Positions 1 through 10,585 of a stretch of DNA of 64,000 nucleotides are shown piece after piece. Position 1 is the first letter of the stretch. Every line of letters begins with the position of its first letter. This stretch comes from a bacterium. GTDB taxonomy: Bacteria; Electryoneota; Electryoneia; Electryoneales; Electryoneaceae. Both the position numbers and the translations under genes were made by a program. The stretch is taken from positions 5,312,001 to 5,376,000 of the forward strand of contig OY769902.1 of the NCBI GenBank assembly GCA_963669175.1, read 5' to 3'. The notes below the pieces were generated by a model, which saw nothing but the letters and a program-made list of their open reading frames with translations, made no database searches and was not told the DNA's origin.

Positions 1-300
1 CATCCATCTGAGTGGATGAGGTACCCCTGTGTCTGGTGTGTTTCGACATGCAGGAAAGTAGAATTGACTTTCAGCCTGTGCAAGTGAATCCGGCAGAATA
101 CACTCGATAACTTGCTGGTGATTATAGCATGCCCTCCAAGGAATAGCTTCCTCTCTACTCAGGTATTCCTTTAGTGGCAGCCTTTTCTATACCTGTACAG
201 TTTGTTGTACATTGTAAACGGCATTGCTCGCTTGCACATTTTCCCGCACACTACAGTCTTTCACAAACAAAACAGATCCATCATTGACAGAAGTCATTTG

Positions 301-2499
301 ATGAAACAGCCGAACCAAAAAAACTTGGGATTTTCACTAGTCTACCGAGTTGTTTTCCCGGTCGGGCTGACTGTAGTACTATTTCTAACTGCTTTTTACC
401 TGATTGCAATTCCTTCCTTAAAAGACCACCTGATTGCTTCTCGCCGTGAAATGGCAAGCGAGCTGGTGGGAACGGTTCATACTCTCCTTGAAAACTATAA
501 TCAGCGAGTCATTGATGGCGAACTCACACTTGAAGAGGCACAGGAACGCGCCCGTGAAAGAATAAGATCGCTTCGTTACGGCCCACAGGATAAAGATTAC
601 TTCTGGATCAATGACATGACACCAATCATGATCATGCATCCCTACAGGACAGATCTGGAAGGAAAAGATATCTCTGATTTTGTTGACCCCAAACAGAATC
701 ATCTGTTTGTCGCCATGGTGGATACGGTAAAAAAAGATGATTCCGGGTTCGTTGACTATATGTGGCAATGGAAAGATGACTCAACCCGTATCGTAAACAA
801 ACAATCTTTCGTCCGTTTGTTTAAGCCGTGGAACTGGATCGTAGGTACAGGACTCTATATTGAAGATGTAAATGAAAAAATTCGACTGATCATTCGTAAT
901 CTCATTATCACTTTTTCAGTAATCTTAGTTGTAATTGTCCTCCTCTCTCTATACATCATTTGGAATGGAAGCAGACTGCTTCAAGAAAGAATCAAGAGCG
1001 AGCAACGCTATCGCCTGCTATTTGAAAACTCTCATGATGCCGTCTATATCAGGACATACGATGGTGTTTTTTTAGACTGGAACAAGGCATTCGAAGATTT
1101 GTTCGGCTATTCCAGCGATGAGTTTAAAACAATCAGCCTTTCCGATATCTATGTACACCTTGAAGATCTGGATGCGTTGATCAATACGGTCAACAAAGCA
1201 GGCTTTGTGCAGAATCGTGAAATCCAGTTTAAGCATAAAGAAGGGCATATTATCACGACGCTGGTCACCTCTTCTCTGCAACGTGACGAGCAAAAAGGTG
1301 TATCCTATATCCAGGGGATTATCAGGGACATCACAGAACTGAAAGAGCTCGAGATGCATCTCGCTCAAGCTCAGAAAATGGAAGCGGTCGGTCGTCTGGC
1401 CGGAGGCATCGCTCACGATTTCAATAACATTTTAACCTCCATTTACGGCAACGCCGAGCTGGCTCAGTTTCATGCCAGTGAAAACCTGCAAGCTTCTTCG
1501 GCAATTCAGGATATCCTTATCGCGAGTGAACGTGGTTCTGATCTTACCAGGCAGTTGCTTACCTTCAGCCGCAAGCAAATGGTCAAAAAGAGTATTCTGG
1601 ATATTAATACTATCCTGAAGCGCGCGGAAAGCATGATCAAACCGATTATACGTTCGAATATTACCGTTGAGATGAACACCAGCGACTCGCTGTGGCTGGT
1701 CAAAGGCGACCCAAGCCAGATTGAACAGGTCATACTGAACCTGGTCATCAATGCACGTGACGCAATGGAAGAAGGCGGAACCATTTCAATCGAGACATCC
1801 AACATCTACTATGACCAGCCTGTGAAAGACGGGCGTGAAACAATCAGCCCGGGGCATTTTGTTCTGTTAAGCGTGAACGATACCGGAAGTGGAATCCCCC
1901 CGGAATATCTCGATAAAATCTTTGAACCCTTCTTCACAACCAAGCAGGAAGGGAAAGGGACAGGGCTTGGGCTTGCTACGATTTATGGAGTAGTGAAGCA
2001 TCTCGGCGGATATATTGTTGTTCAAAGTGTACTGGATGTGGGAACAACTTTCCGGGTTTATTTCCCTTCGACAGATCAAATGGCTCCGGCAACGACACAA
2101 GTTGAACAGAAAGCCGTCAGCACTGAACTCGGCGGTCAGGAATTCATTTTGATTGTTGAAGATGATAATGCTGTCAGAACAGTGCTCATCAATACCCTTC
2201 ACCGTTATGGCTACCGAGTACACGGTATCGACAATGCTGAAGAGGCGATCACCTGGTTATCGAACCAATCCGCGCTACCGGATCTTGTCGTATTGGATAT
2301 GGTCATGCCGGGAATGAATGGCATCACCTTCCATGATAAAATTCGAGACCACTATCCCAGCCTGCGATTCCTTTTCATCTCCGGCTATACGGAAAAGCAG
2401 ATCCTGGATGACATCCTGACACGAAACATGCCATTCCTGCCCAAGCCTTTCGGGCCGAAAGTCTTCCTGCAGAAAGTGCGTAGTATCCTGAACAGATAG
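301..2499 (+). CDS. Hybrid sensor histidine kinase/response regulator (TM-Cache-TM-PAS-HisKA-HATPase-REC)
   Basis: Cache motif [22 protein letters not shown]-box [30 protein letters not shown]-terminal receiver ([26 protein letters not shown]). ATG 301 preferred over TTG 202. Confidence 0.92.
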   Translation: MKQPNQKNLGFSLVYRVVFPVGLTVVLFLTAFYLIAIPSLKDHLIASRREMASELVGTVHTLLENYNQRVIDGELTLEEAQERARERIRSLRYGPQDKDYFWINDMTPIMIMHPYRTDLEGKDISDFVDPKQNHLFVAMVDTVKKDDSGFVDYMWQWKDDSTRIVNKQSFVRLFKPWNWIVGTGLYIEDVNEKIRLIIRNLIITFSVILVVIVLLSLYIIWNGSRLLQERIKSEQRYRLLFENSHDAVYIRTYDGVFLDWNKAFEDLFGYSSDEFKTISLSDIYVHLEDLDALINTVNKAGFVQNREIQFKHKEGHIITTLVTSSLQRDEQKGVSYIQGIIRDITELKELEMHLAQAQKMEAVGRLAGGIAHDFNNILTSIYGNAELAQFHASENLQASSAIQDILIASERGSDLTRQLLTFSRKQMVKKSILDINTILKRAESMIKPIIRSNITVEMNTSDSLWLVKGDPSQIEQVILNLVINARDAMEEGGTISIETSNIYYDQPVKDGRETISPGHFVLLSVNDTGSGIPPEYLDKIFEPFFTTKQEGKGTGLGLATIYGVVKHLGGYIVVQSVLDVGTTFRVYFPSTDQMAPATTQVEQKAVSTELGGQEFILIVEDDNAVRTVLINTLHRYGYRVHGIDNAEEAITWLSNQSALPDLVVLDMVMPGMNGITFHDKIRDHYPSLRFLFISGYTEKQILDDILTRNMPFLPKPFGPKVFLQKVRSILNR

Positions 2500-2631
2500 A
2501 TGTAATCCACGATCACGCCTTCCAGTTTCATGCTCACCTCATGTCATCCCCCCTTTTTCATTGACTGCCTTGCATCGTATCTTTCATCTTATTCTTTCGG
2601 AAACAACAACCAACCATACAGGAGAAGCGCC

Positions 2632-4005
2632 ATGGCCACCATCAGCCAGCAAATCGCCGACTGGGCGGCGAAAGTGAAGTTTGAAGATCTTAGTGATGAC
2701 TCCATTCGTATGGCAAAGGTCATCCTTTACGATAGCATAGGCTGCGCGTTTGGCGGATCACAGACCCACGATGTGGGCATCATGCGCGACTATCATATCT
2801 CCAAAGGTGGCTCACCTGAAGCCACTGTAATCGGAACCGGTCAGAAGCTCCCGGCTCTGGATGCTTCGCTGCTGAACGCCCTGATGGTGCGCGCGCTTGA
2901 TTTCAACGATATCTATTGGAAGCAGGATCCAAGCCACCCCTCGGACATCATCCCGGGACCGCTTGCATTGGGTGAACGCTTGAACAAGAGCGGTAAGGAT
3001 CTGTTGCTGGCTATCGCTGTTGGTCATGAAGTGGAAATGCGGTTGTGTGAAGCGGGATTCCCAGGCATTCGTGAACGTAAATGGCATCACGCCACTTTGA
3101 CCGCCTTTGCCTCCCCGGTCGCTTGCGGTACTATCATGGGCCTGAACGGTGATCAGATCGCGCATGCCATCGGCATCAGCGGCTGTCGTCATGCCACATT
3201 GGGCGCGATCACTGCCGGCAAGCTGACCATGATGAAAAATACAGCCGATCCCATGGCAACACAGTCCGGTGTCCTGGCTGCTGAACTGGCCGCGATGGGC
3301 TATGAAGGCCCGGAACATGTCATCGACGGCAAGGAAGGTCTATTCGAATGTTACGGCCCCGACTGGAAGGGCGAAATTCTCGTGGATGGTCTCGGCCAAT
3401 CCTGGCGCATCGAGCAATGCGGACTGAAGGCCTTCCCGATTGAAGCCCTGTCCCATGCGCCGCTTACCGCCCTGTTGAGCCTGTTGAAGGAACACGACTT
3501 GAAGCCGGATGAAATCAAGACTGTCACCATCCGTACCATCGCACGCGCTGCCGATATCCTTTCCGACCCGGCGAAATATGATCCGCAGACACGTGAATCT
3601 GCGGACCACTCACTGCCGTACTGCCTGAGTGTCGCTATCGTGGACCGGAAAGTCGTACACCAGAGCTTCGAAAAAGAAAAGATCTTTGATCCGACCGTAC
3701 GCGCCCAGTTGCAGAAGATCAAAGTCGAAGCCGTCCCGGAGTTTGAACCTTTGTTCCCGGCCAAACAGCCCAATGAGATCGTGATTGACACGGTCGATGG
3801 CCGCCAGTTCCGCCAGTACGTGGAATACCCGATGGGCCACTACAAGTACCCGATCCCGGACGACCAGCTTGAAGCCAAATTTGTCAGCCTGGCCGAAGGA
3901 ATTGTCAGCGCAGAACGTCAACAATTGATCAAAAACCTTGTCTTCAAAATGGATACAGAAGGATCTATCCAGGAACTCTGTAAGCTTTTAGTTAGCGACA
4001 TGTAG
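2632..4005 (+). CDS. prpD: MmgE/PrpD family protein (2-methylcitrate dehydratase-like)
   Basis: RALDFND, SHPSD, RESADHSLPY motifs; AGGAG RBS before ATG 2632. Confidence 0.85.
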   Translation: MATISQQIADWAAKVKFEDLSDDSIRMAKVILYDSIGCAFGGSQTHDVGIMRDYHISKGGSPEATVIGTGQKLPALDASLLNALMVRALDFNDIYWKQDPSHPSDIIPGPLALGERLNKSGKDLLLAIAVGHEVEMRLCEAGFPGIRERKWHHATLTAFASPVACGTIMGLNGDQIAHAIGISGCRHATLGAITAGKLTMMKNTADPMATQSGVLAAELAAMGYEGPEHVIDGKEGLFECYGPDWKGEILVDGLGQSWRIEQCGLKAFPIEALSHAPLTALLSLLKEHDLKPDEIKTVTIRTIARAADILSDPAKYDPQTRESADHSLPYCLSVAIVDRKVVHQSFEKEKIFDPTVRAQLQKIKVEAVPEFEPLFPAKQPNEIVIDTVDGRQFRQYVEYPMGHYKYPIPDDQLEAKFVSLAEGIVSAERQQLIKNLVFKMDTEGSIQELCKLLVSDM

Positions 4006-4029
4006 ATGTGACCCATATCACAGCAGTGA

Positions 4030-4058
4030 TTGACAACTTGAGGACAAGCACGTATATT
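4030..4058 (+). promoter_or_regulatory. Sigma-70-type promoter
   Basis: TTGACA-N17-TATATT upstream of the ORF starting at 4204. Confidence 0.55.
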
Positions 4059-4203
4059 TAAAGCTTAATTAAACCCTTCAAGTTACTATGCGTCTTTGAC
4101 ATAATTGTGTTGTCTGCAATTCTCCGGTGGGGTTGGTATACTTGTTTCTATTGATCTTGCACGAGGAAACGAGATTTGAAAGCGGGAACCTTTTGGGGGC
4201 GGG

Positions 4204-4643
4204 ATGGAAACCTACGAGTTCCATTACATTGATGACTGCTTGATCGAGTTGCTCCTTGACATGGTGGATTCCTTAAAGCCAGCGATGAAACGGCCGAGAG
4301 TCTGCTGAATCGTGCCCGAGAATGTTTGCCGCTGGAACGTGGACAGCACCAGGCTCTTTGTGCGAGAGTTGAAGGCTTTTATGAGCTTTCTGAAGGCTTG
4401 TTTGAACTGGTGTTCGATTTGGGACAGGCCAAGCATGGCGCTGAATGGAACCGTAGACGTGTGGTTAAAGAAGCGAATCTGCGACCATTCAGTTATTACC
4501 ACTGGATCACAGGATCACGGGAGCCGGCGAGTAATGTGATGACACGCAAGGATTACCTGAATGATCCGACAACAGCTCTGGCGAAACTGGAAGAGGATAT
4601 TCAGTCCCTGGCAAAGCTGTATCGTCAGCTTCAAACATTGTAG
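4204..4643 (+). pseudogene. Small hypothetical helical protein split by a -1 frameshift (pseudogene, recoding or sequence error)
   Basis: G-rich RBS + ATG 4204 (METYEFHYIDDCLIELLLDMVDSL, stop at 4308) overlaps the -1 frame open 4260-4643; followed by a terminator. Confidence 0.4.
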
Positions 4644-4662
4644 AAAAAACGCAACGCACTAT

Positions 4663-4692
4663 TGCCCCTTCTTTTCAGATGGGGCATTTTTT
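4663..4692 (+). terminator. Rho-independent terminator
   Basis: TGCCCC..GGGGCA stem followed by TTTTTT. Confidence 0.65.
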
Positions 4693-4717
4693 ATGATTTC
4701 GCCGACAGGAAGCCTCT

Positions 4718-5512
4718 ATGGATGATAAACCGTTACACCGTTTGATCCTTTTTTCATCGGGCAATGATGCTGCGCGGCTTGACCGGATGGAAGCCGGGTT
4801 CCGTTTGCACTGCGAACCGCGATGGGAGATGCAGACACATCGTCTGGGTATGGTGGATAATCTTGGACTGACCTATGACCAGGCGGCTCGTTCCCATGAG
4901 GATGATGATGACATCCTCATGTTCTGCCATCAGGACGTTCGCCCGTTCGCTGTTCCCGGCAAAGAGCGCATCGCCAACCTGCCGGACAATGTCGTCTGGC
5001 TGAACGATGCCCTGCATGTTAGCAACGGTTGGCTGAAAACTGTAGAACAGTTGCTGCAAAAGCCGGATACAGGATTGATGGGCGTTGCCGGTGCGAATGG
5101 ACTTTCGAAGGATAACGCCTGGTGGCAATTTCCGGATGTTTCCGGCGCTGTGGTTCACATCACTGACGGGAAGGAACGGCTGAATCCTTACGGTTGCTGG
5201 GGACGAGTGGCGGTGCTTGATGGGCTGTGTCTGTTGATCAGGTGTGGCGTTTACAAAAAGCTGCGTCTACCTTTACTACAACAGGCCCGTTTCCATTTTT
5301 ATGACATGGACCTGTCCTTACGCTGTCTGCAGGTGGGGCTGAAAAACTGGACCATTCCATTGCTGGTACAGCATGAAAGCGGCGGTTCAACTACAAAACA
5401 GGAAGACTGGCAATCGGATCATGAGCTTTTTGCAGCAGCCTGGGACAATATTCTGCCTGTTCGAGAACCTTTTGAACCTTTACCCGGAGACCCTTCGTGT
5501 CCATCCGATTGA
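4718..5512 (+). CDS. GT2-like glycosyltransferase (Glyco_tranf_2_5-like)
   Basis: ILMFCHQDV, GLMGVAG, VAVLDGLCL, FHFYDMDLSL, VQHESGG motifs. Confidence 0.8.
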   Translation: MDDKPLHRLILFSSGNDAARLDRMEAGFRLHCEPRWEMQTHRLGMVDNLGLTYDQAARSHEDDDDILMFCHQDVRPFAVPGKERIANLPDNVVWLNDALHVSNGWLKTVEQLLQKPDTGLMGVAGANGLSKDNAWWQFPDVSGAVVHITDGKERLNPYGCWGRVAVLDGLCLLIRCGVYKKLRLPLLQQARFHFYDMDLSLRCLQVGLKNWTIPLLVQHESGGSTTKQEDWQSDHELFAAAWDNILPVREPFEPLPGDPSCPSD

Positions 5513-7164
5513 TTGACTTGTTTCCAGCGGGGAAAGATGAAGAAATCAGCCTGTCCACAAGTAAAAACGGGCAGCAGATTTTAACCGTTACAACTCCTTT
5601 CGGTGACCGTAAGCTGGATTCACCGTATAATCCAGCACAGGAAGCAGAAAAGCTGGTCAGTGGTATTCCTGCACCCGACAGTTGCCTTGTGCTCGGTTCC
5701 GGCGCCGGTTACCTGCCTGAAGCCATCATCAAGCATGGCATAAAAAAACTGCTGCTGGTTACAGGAAGTCCCGCTGCGGCTGCGCATACTTTGAAACGAT
5801 TGGAACCCCTGGACGCTGATTCGCGCGAAATCACAGTAATCGTGACCAACCGGGCAGAAACCGCATGGCATGATCACATCACCCCCTTTCTATCTCAGTC
5901 TTCGGCTACACACCTGGTGACTCATCCCCGCGAATGGAACGCTTTTCCCGGCCTGTACGGCTCCCTTGCAGTGCGATTTCATCACTATCACCGAAAAGCC
6001 GGTTTGACCGCTTCGCCTCACGTAAAACGAGTTCTTTTCTTCGGGGAAGACGGACTCCTGGAACCGGAACTGAAGCGTGCGATGATGGCCACCGGACTTG
6101 ATGTTGTCCAACTTCCTCTCATCAGCCAGGGACTGGTTTCACCCGAAGAAGCGATCCGGATGCTGGAAACTCATAAACCGGATCTGGTGATGTCAACGAA
6201 TAACCAGGGCTCGGACATTCGTGGCATCCTTCCGGAAGCGTGTGGAGTGGAAGGCGTTCCCTGGGCGACCTGGTTTCTTGATGATCCGCGTTTCATCCTG
6301 ACGCCAGAAGAGCAGGATCAAGTTGGGCAGCGCCGTTGGGGATTTCACTGGGATCGAAACGGTTCTACCAGTTGGCGCACCATGGGCTTTCCGAATGGCC
6401 ACCTTCTGCCGCTGGCAACAGAGCTTGAACGATTCCATCCGCATACACCTGATCCCAGCCTTGCCGGGCGTGTGGTTTTCGTGGGGAGCCCCATTTTTCA
6501 GCGGGCAACGGGGTATTTTGCCGCCCTGATGCAAGATCCGGTAGCGGAGGATATTGCCGAAGCCTTGATGGAGGAAGTGTTGCTTACGCGGCATGCCCCA
6601 TCCGAAAAGGCGATTACGTCCGTTCTTCAGGATCTTGACCTTGAGTCTCATTTTGCCACCGAGACCAGGCGACGTTTACCGGCCTATGTGGTCCAACTTG
6701 CCAACAGACGTTATCGCAGGGAAATGTTGACCGCACTGGCGCCATTACATCCGGTCGTATTTGGGTCCGGCTGGGAAGGCCTGCTCCCGGACACGGTTGA
6801 ATTGCGGGGCGTTGCCGACTACAACCGTGATCTTCCGGTCATCTACAGTTCGGATGCCGTTCACCTGTCGCTGACCAACCTGCAGATGCGTTCACATCCA
6901 AACCAGCGCATTTTTGACGCCGGAGCCTGCGGTGGAGTTGTGGTTATGGAACACCTGGAAGGCGCCAAAGAGCTGTTCCCCTTCAATCTGGAATCCTTAC
7001 TCTTTTCCGGTCGCATGGAAATGCTGGAAAAGATTGAGTTTCTCCTGAAGGATTCGAAGGCGCGAAAAGAGTACGGAACCATGCTGCATGATCATGTGTG
7101 CGATAATCATACGGTAAAACATCGAGTACAGACCATTCTGGATATTCTGGCTGTGGAGAAGTAA
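5497..7164 (+). CDS. CgeB/DUF3880-type GT-B glycosyltransferase with Maf-like N-terminal domain
   Basis: N-term LDSPYNPAQEA..VLGSGAGY; WFLDDP, LPLA, VVFVGS, VFGSGW, NQRIFDAGACGG, HTVKHRV. Confidence 0.75.
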   Translation: MSIRLIDLFPAGKDEEISLSTSKNGQQILTVTTPFGDRKLDSPYNPAQEAEKLVSGIPAPDSCLVLGSGAGYLPEAIIKHGIKKLLLVTGSPAAAAHTLKRLEPLDADSREITVIVTNRAETAWHDHITPFLSQSSATHLVTHPREWNAFPGLYGSLAVRFHHYHRKAGLTASPHVKRVLFFGEDGLLEPELKRAMMATGLDVVQLPLISQGLVSPEEAIRMLETHKPDLVMSTNNQGSDIRGILPEACGVEGVPWATWFLDDPRFILTPEEQDQVGQRRWGFHWDRNGSTSWRTMGFPNGHLLPLATELERFHPHTPDPSLAGRVVFVGSPIFQRATGYFAALMQDPVAEDIAEALMEEVLLTRHAPSEKAITSVLQDLDLESHFATETRRRLPAYVVQLANRRYRREMLTALAPLHPVVFGSGWEGLLPDTVELRGVADYNRDLPVIYSSDAVHLSLTNLQMRSHPNQRIFDAGACGGVVVMEHLEGAKELFPFNLESLLFSGRMEMLEKIEFLLKDSKARKEYGTMLHDHVCDNHTVKHRVQTILDILAVEK

Positions 7165-7165
7165 C

Positions 7166-7618
7166 ATGGATATAGCTGCGATTGTAGCCCGATTTGATTT
7201 GCATACGATGGCCCTCCGGATGAATGCGGGTGATTTTACCCATGCGGATTCCCTGTTTACGCCGGAAATCGGGGGAAATTGCGTCAACTGGCTGTTGGGA
7301 CATTTGCTGGTTTCACGTGATGACCTGATGATGCGTATGGAGTATTCAACTTCTTTACCGGACGGGTTCCGAGCTATCTACGCCCAGGGTTCGGATGGAC
7401 GTAGGACTGACCATTTCCTGCCTTACGAAGATCTGGTCCAGCTTTGGGGTACGCTTCATACCAGCCTGATTGAACGATTCAAAAGGGTTGATATCACAAA
7501 TCACGATACTCTGCCCGCGTTTGAGAAGTTTGACCTGATGCAATTTCATGAAGCCTATCACATCGGACAGATGGGGTTGCTACGCAGGTTGATGGGAAAA
7601 GAAGGCCAGATAAAGTGA
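7166..7618 (+). CDS. DinB family protein
   Basis: NCVNWLLGHL and FHEAYHIGQM His motifs of the DinB/YfiT superfamily. Confidence 0.85.
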   Translation: MDIAAIVARFDLHTMALRMNAGDFTHADSLFTPEIGGNCVNWLLGHLLVSRDDLMMRMEYSTSLPDGFRAIYAQGSDGRRTDHFLPYEDLVQLWGTLHTSLIERFKRVDITNHDTLPAFEKFDLMQFHEAYHIGQMGLLRRLMGKEGQIK

Positions 7619-7657
7619 GCGTTGTTTAATAATTCCGGTCTCCCTGGTATGATGGCA

Positions 7658-7901
7658 GCGAAAAATGGGACTGTTACCTTTTCATGTTTGCAAGTGTTCG
7701 ACAGTCAAATCAGGGTTGTGAAAAGGTAACTGTACCAGATTTTTCGCGTACTATTGTTCGAGATCATACGGAAAATCCTGAGACAGCCACCTATTTCGCT
7801 ACATATGCGCACGGCAATTGATGATCATGGATATTCATTGAACTCTATTAACAGGTATCAACATTGCATCACGCGAAATAGAGAAGCAGTCCCGATTTTC
7901 C
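7658..7901. repeat. REP/REPIN-like double-hairpin element, copy 1
   Basis: Imperfect IR 7658-7683/7720-7747 (GCGAAAAATGGGACTGTTACCTTTTC...GAAAAGGTAACTGTACCAGATTTTTCGC) plus IR 7769-7799/7873-7901; arms repeated at 10586-11073. Confidence 0.85.
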
Positions 7902-8026
7902 TGTAATATAGCCTCATAAACGAATTGCTTTATCCTGTTTTTTCAGCTAGGTTATAGTGTTGGGCTTGTTTTCCGGGATGTTTGATCCGGAGATACAGCA
8001 TCTCCGCCCCCATTGTGAGACGGTGC

Positions 8027-10552
8027 ATGAGAATACAAATCTCGACATATCATGTAATACTAATCTTGCTGCTGATACTGTTGCCGGCACTGCTTTGGGC
8101 ATGTGATCTGCTTGGTATCGCCGGTACAGGCGGCCCTCGATCTGACATATACCAGTATATCGTAAGCGTTTACACCACAGAAGCCGACCGTGAAGATGAC
8201 AACGACGGCTGGGGTGTATTGGGGTGGGATGTGAATGGCGACAAGCTGCTATTCCGCTCTACGTATGATGTTTTCCGCAGCTATCGATTCCGGACTTTAC
8301 CTGATGGACCGGACGGCGGCATTGATCGTGCCTGGCCACCGGATATTGATCATGATGAGATCCCTGATAACCCGCACCAGATGATCATTCACGCCCGGAA
8401 CGCCAGCCCTGGGACAGCTTCCAACATTGCCGATCCACATCCTTTCGAATACACTTTCAACGGACGTACTCACGGCCTGGCCCATAACGGTTCCCTGGGG
8501 GATGACCATTATGACATCATGCGCTGGCTGATCGGAAATGGCTGGTGGAACATGTCCCTGATGGACCGAGCCTGGAAAGGGGACGATGAAGATGACCGCA
8601 GGGTGGATAGCGAGCTGTATGCCATGCTCCTGGCGAAAAACCTGCTCCTGGCGGACAATTACCGTCTGGGCGACGAATGGGCGATCCGGCATACCCTGCA
8701 ACTGTTGACTCGCAGACCTTCCAAAGGCGGTCTGCCCGACTTTTCCGCCTTGAACGCCCTGTATACAAACGGCGACTATATTTATGCCTGGTGCCGTACG
8801 TATAAAACAACAGATTCGGACCACAAGCTCTGGACCACCAATTACCCGGTAGAACCCGGCCTGGCCCTGATTATCAGCCATGACGATCCCCCCCCAGCCA
8901 GCATTGACCTGATGGACTGGTTGCTGATGGACAATACCGGCCAGTTGATTCGCGTCCATAAGGACTCTGCCACGAGCTGGCAGGATATCGGCTACGCACC
9001 GGAAAACATAGCCATCCCGTCACAGTACCCCGTGGCCGAGAATATCCAGACCAATCCTGTGCTCACATCACTGAAAGACGGTTCTTTCCTGCTCCTCTGG
9101 ACAGACCAGGACACATTGTGGGGTAAGAACCTGGACCAGATGGGATTGGGCGAGGATGAGCCCTATGTGATTTCGGAAGGTATTGCCGGTGTCCATGCCG
9201 TGATTCAGAAAGAGGATGCGGATAACGACACGCTTTACATCGGATACACACGCGCCACTTCTATCCTGGAACAGACCTCGCTGATTCCCGAAATCGCGTG
9301 CCTGTGGCAGAATAACAGTTCAAACAGGTGGACGATGGAGTACGCTTCCTGTTTCCAGGAATCGCCAAGCCTGATTTCTGAGCAGGCGATGGCGTTTGCT
9401 TCGAATGACGCCCTGTTGATGGCCTGGGGAGATAGTGTACAACTGAACGGAGATTCCTGGCAGCACAGGTGTTTCGCGCGTTATCGCTCGCCGGACGGTA
9501 GCCTGAGTGATGTGATCAGGATAGGCAGCGACGAGGAATCCCGTTCCTTCCCGACAATCCAGTATCTCGGGAAAACGCTGGAATTTGAAAAGTTCCTCCA
9601 TCTTTCGCTGACCGACCAGCAGTTTTTGGAAGCGACTATCCTGGCTGTAGATTCCGCAAACGACCTTGCCGCATGTTCAACATTCACCCTCGCTACCTCT
9701 GTAATCAGCCAGGCGCCGGTAAGTATGGACCTGTGTACGTTCGGTGGCGATACATTGCTCGCATGTGCATATACAGTAGAGGAAAATGCGGCGATATCCA
9801 TCCGCACCCTCCTGCTGGATCCATACAGCTTACTGGGTAGTACCCCGGTAGCTTTTGTTGTCGATTCAATTGATCTGCCTGTAAAGACAGAAGCATTGCA
9901 GAGTGGTCAGCCTTCCTTCACTCCTGTCCTGTCCGCTCGCCCTGCAGGAGGGTTCAGCCTGGTATTCAACAGCATGGTTGAGGGTGAAAACCGTGGCGTC
10001 TACAAGATTGAATATGACGGCATTCGTTTTGTTTCCCCTTTGCAGCGCTGGAATCAGGAAGGTGAGCTGCTGGCGAACGGAAGCTATCCGCAAGTGTGTA
10101 ATGTCGCAGACTATACCGGTGGCGAGGTACACCGTCAATTCACCCTGTGGCGTGATCAGGATGATGTTCTGTACGCACGTTTTTCGCCATCGCATTTCGA
10201 GAATGAAGATCCTGCTCCGGTCTTTCCCAGTGATCCGGACAGCAGCGATCCTGATGACCCGCCGACTCGCCCCGATCCCGGAAAACCGGATACCTATGCG
10301 CTCCGTACTGCGTATCCCAACCCCTTCAACAGCGCGACCACGTTACGCTTTGATCTGCCCAACGAAGTCAGGGTCAGGATTACCGTCTACGATATCCTTG
10401 GCCGTGAAATCGCCCGAATCCAAGACAATCTCATGGAAGCCGGTACCCATTCGGTACAATTCACCGCTTCCGATCTCCCTTCCGGCATGTACTTCCTTCA
10501 CCTGGAAGCTGGTTCTTTTACCTCAACACAGAAGCTTGTTCTGGTGAAGTAA
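8027..10552 (+). CDS. Secreted class II glutamine amidotransferase-like (Ntn, EgtC/YafJ-type) protein with C-terminal T9SS type A/FlgD-Ig domain
   Basis: Signal peptide then CDLLG; DNDGWG, IHARNAS, PHPF, AHNG, VDSE motifs; C-term YPNPFN..YDILGRE..LPSGMYF..KLVLVK. Confidence 0.8.
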   Translation: MRIQISTYHVILILLLILLPALLWACDLLGIAGTGGPRSDIYQYIVSVYTTEADREDDNDGWGVLGWDVNGDKLLFRSTYDVFRSYRFRTLPDGPDGGIDRAWPPDIDHDEIPDNPHQMIIHARNASPGTASNIADPHPFEYTFNGRTHGLAHNGSLGDDHYDIMRWLIGNGWWNMSLMDRAWKGDDEDDRRVDSELYAMLLAKNLLLADNYRLGDEWAIRHTLQLLTRRPSKGGLPDFSALNALYTNGDYIYAWCRTYKTTDSDHKLWTTNYPVEPGLALIISHDDPPPASIDLMDWLLMDNTGQLIRVHKDSATSWQDIGYAPENIAIPSQYPVAENIQTNPVLTSLKDGSFLLLWTDQDTLWGKNLDQMGLGEDEPYVISEGIAGVHAVIQKEDADNDTLYIGYTRATSILEQTSLIPEIACLWQNNSSNRWTMEYASCFQESPSLISEQAMAFASNDALLMAWGDSVQLNGDSWQHRCFARYRSPDGSLSDVIRIGSDEESRSFPTIQYLGKTLEFEKFLHLSLTDQQFLEATILAVDSANDLAACSTFTLATSVISQAPVSMDLCTFGGDTLLACAYTVEENAAISIRTLLLDPYSLLGSTPVAFVVDSIDLPVKTEALQSGQPSFTPVLSARPAGGFSLVFNSMVEGENRGVYKIEYDGIRFVSPLQRWNQEGELLANGSYPQVCNVADYTGGEVHRQFTLWRDQDDVLYARFSPSHFENEDPAPVFPSDPDSSDPDDPPTRPDPGKPDTYALRTAYPNPFNSATTLRFDLPNEVRVRITVYDILGREIARIQDNLMEAGTHSVQFTASDLPSGMYFLHLEAGSFTSTQKLVLVK

Positions 10553-10585
10553 GTTCTCAAGTTACCAAGTTTGAAAGTGGTGACG

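Noticed and set aside
1-110. Possible selenoprotein tail (in-frame TGA at 9-11 followed by 32 open codons)
   Set aside because: Truncated by the window edge; no recognisable family or convincing SECIS
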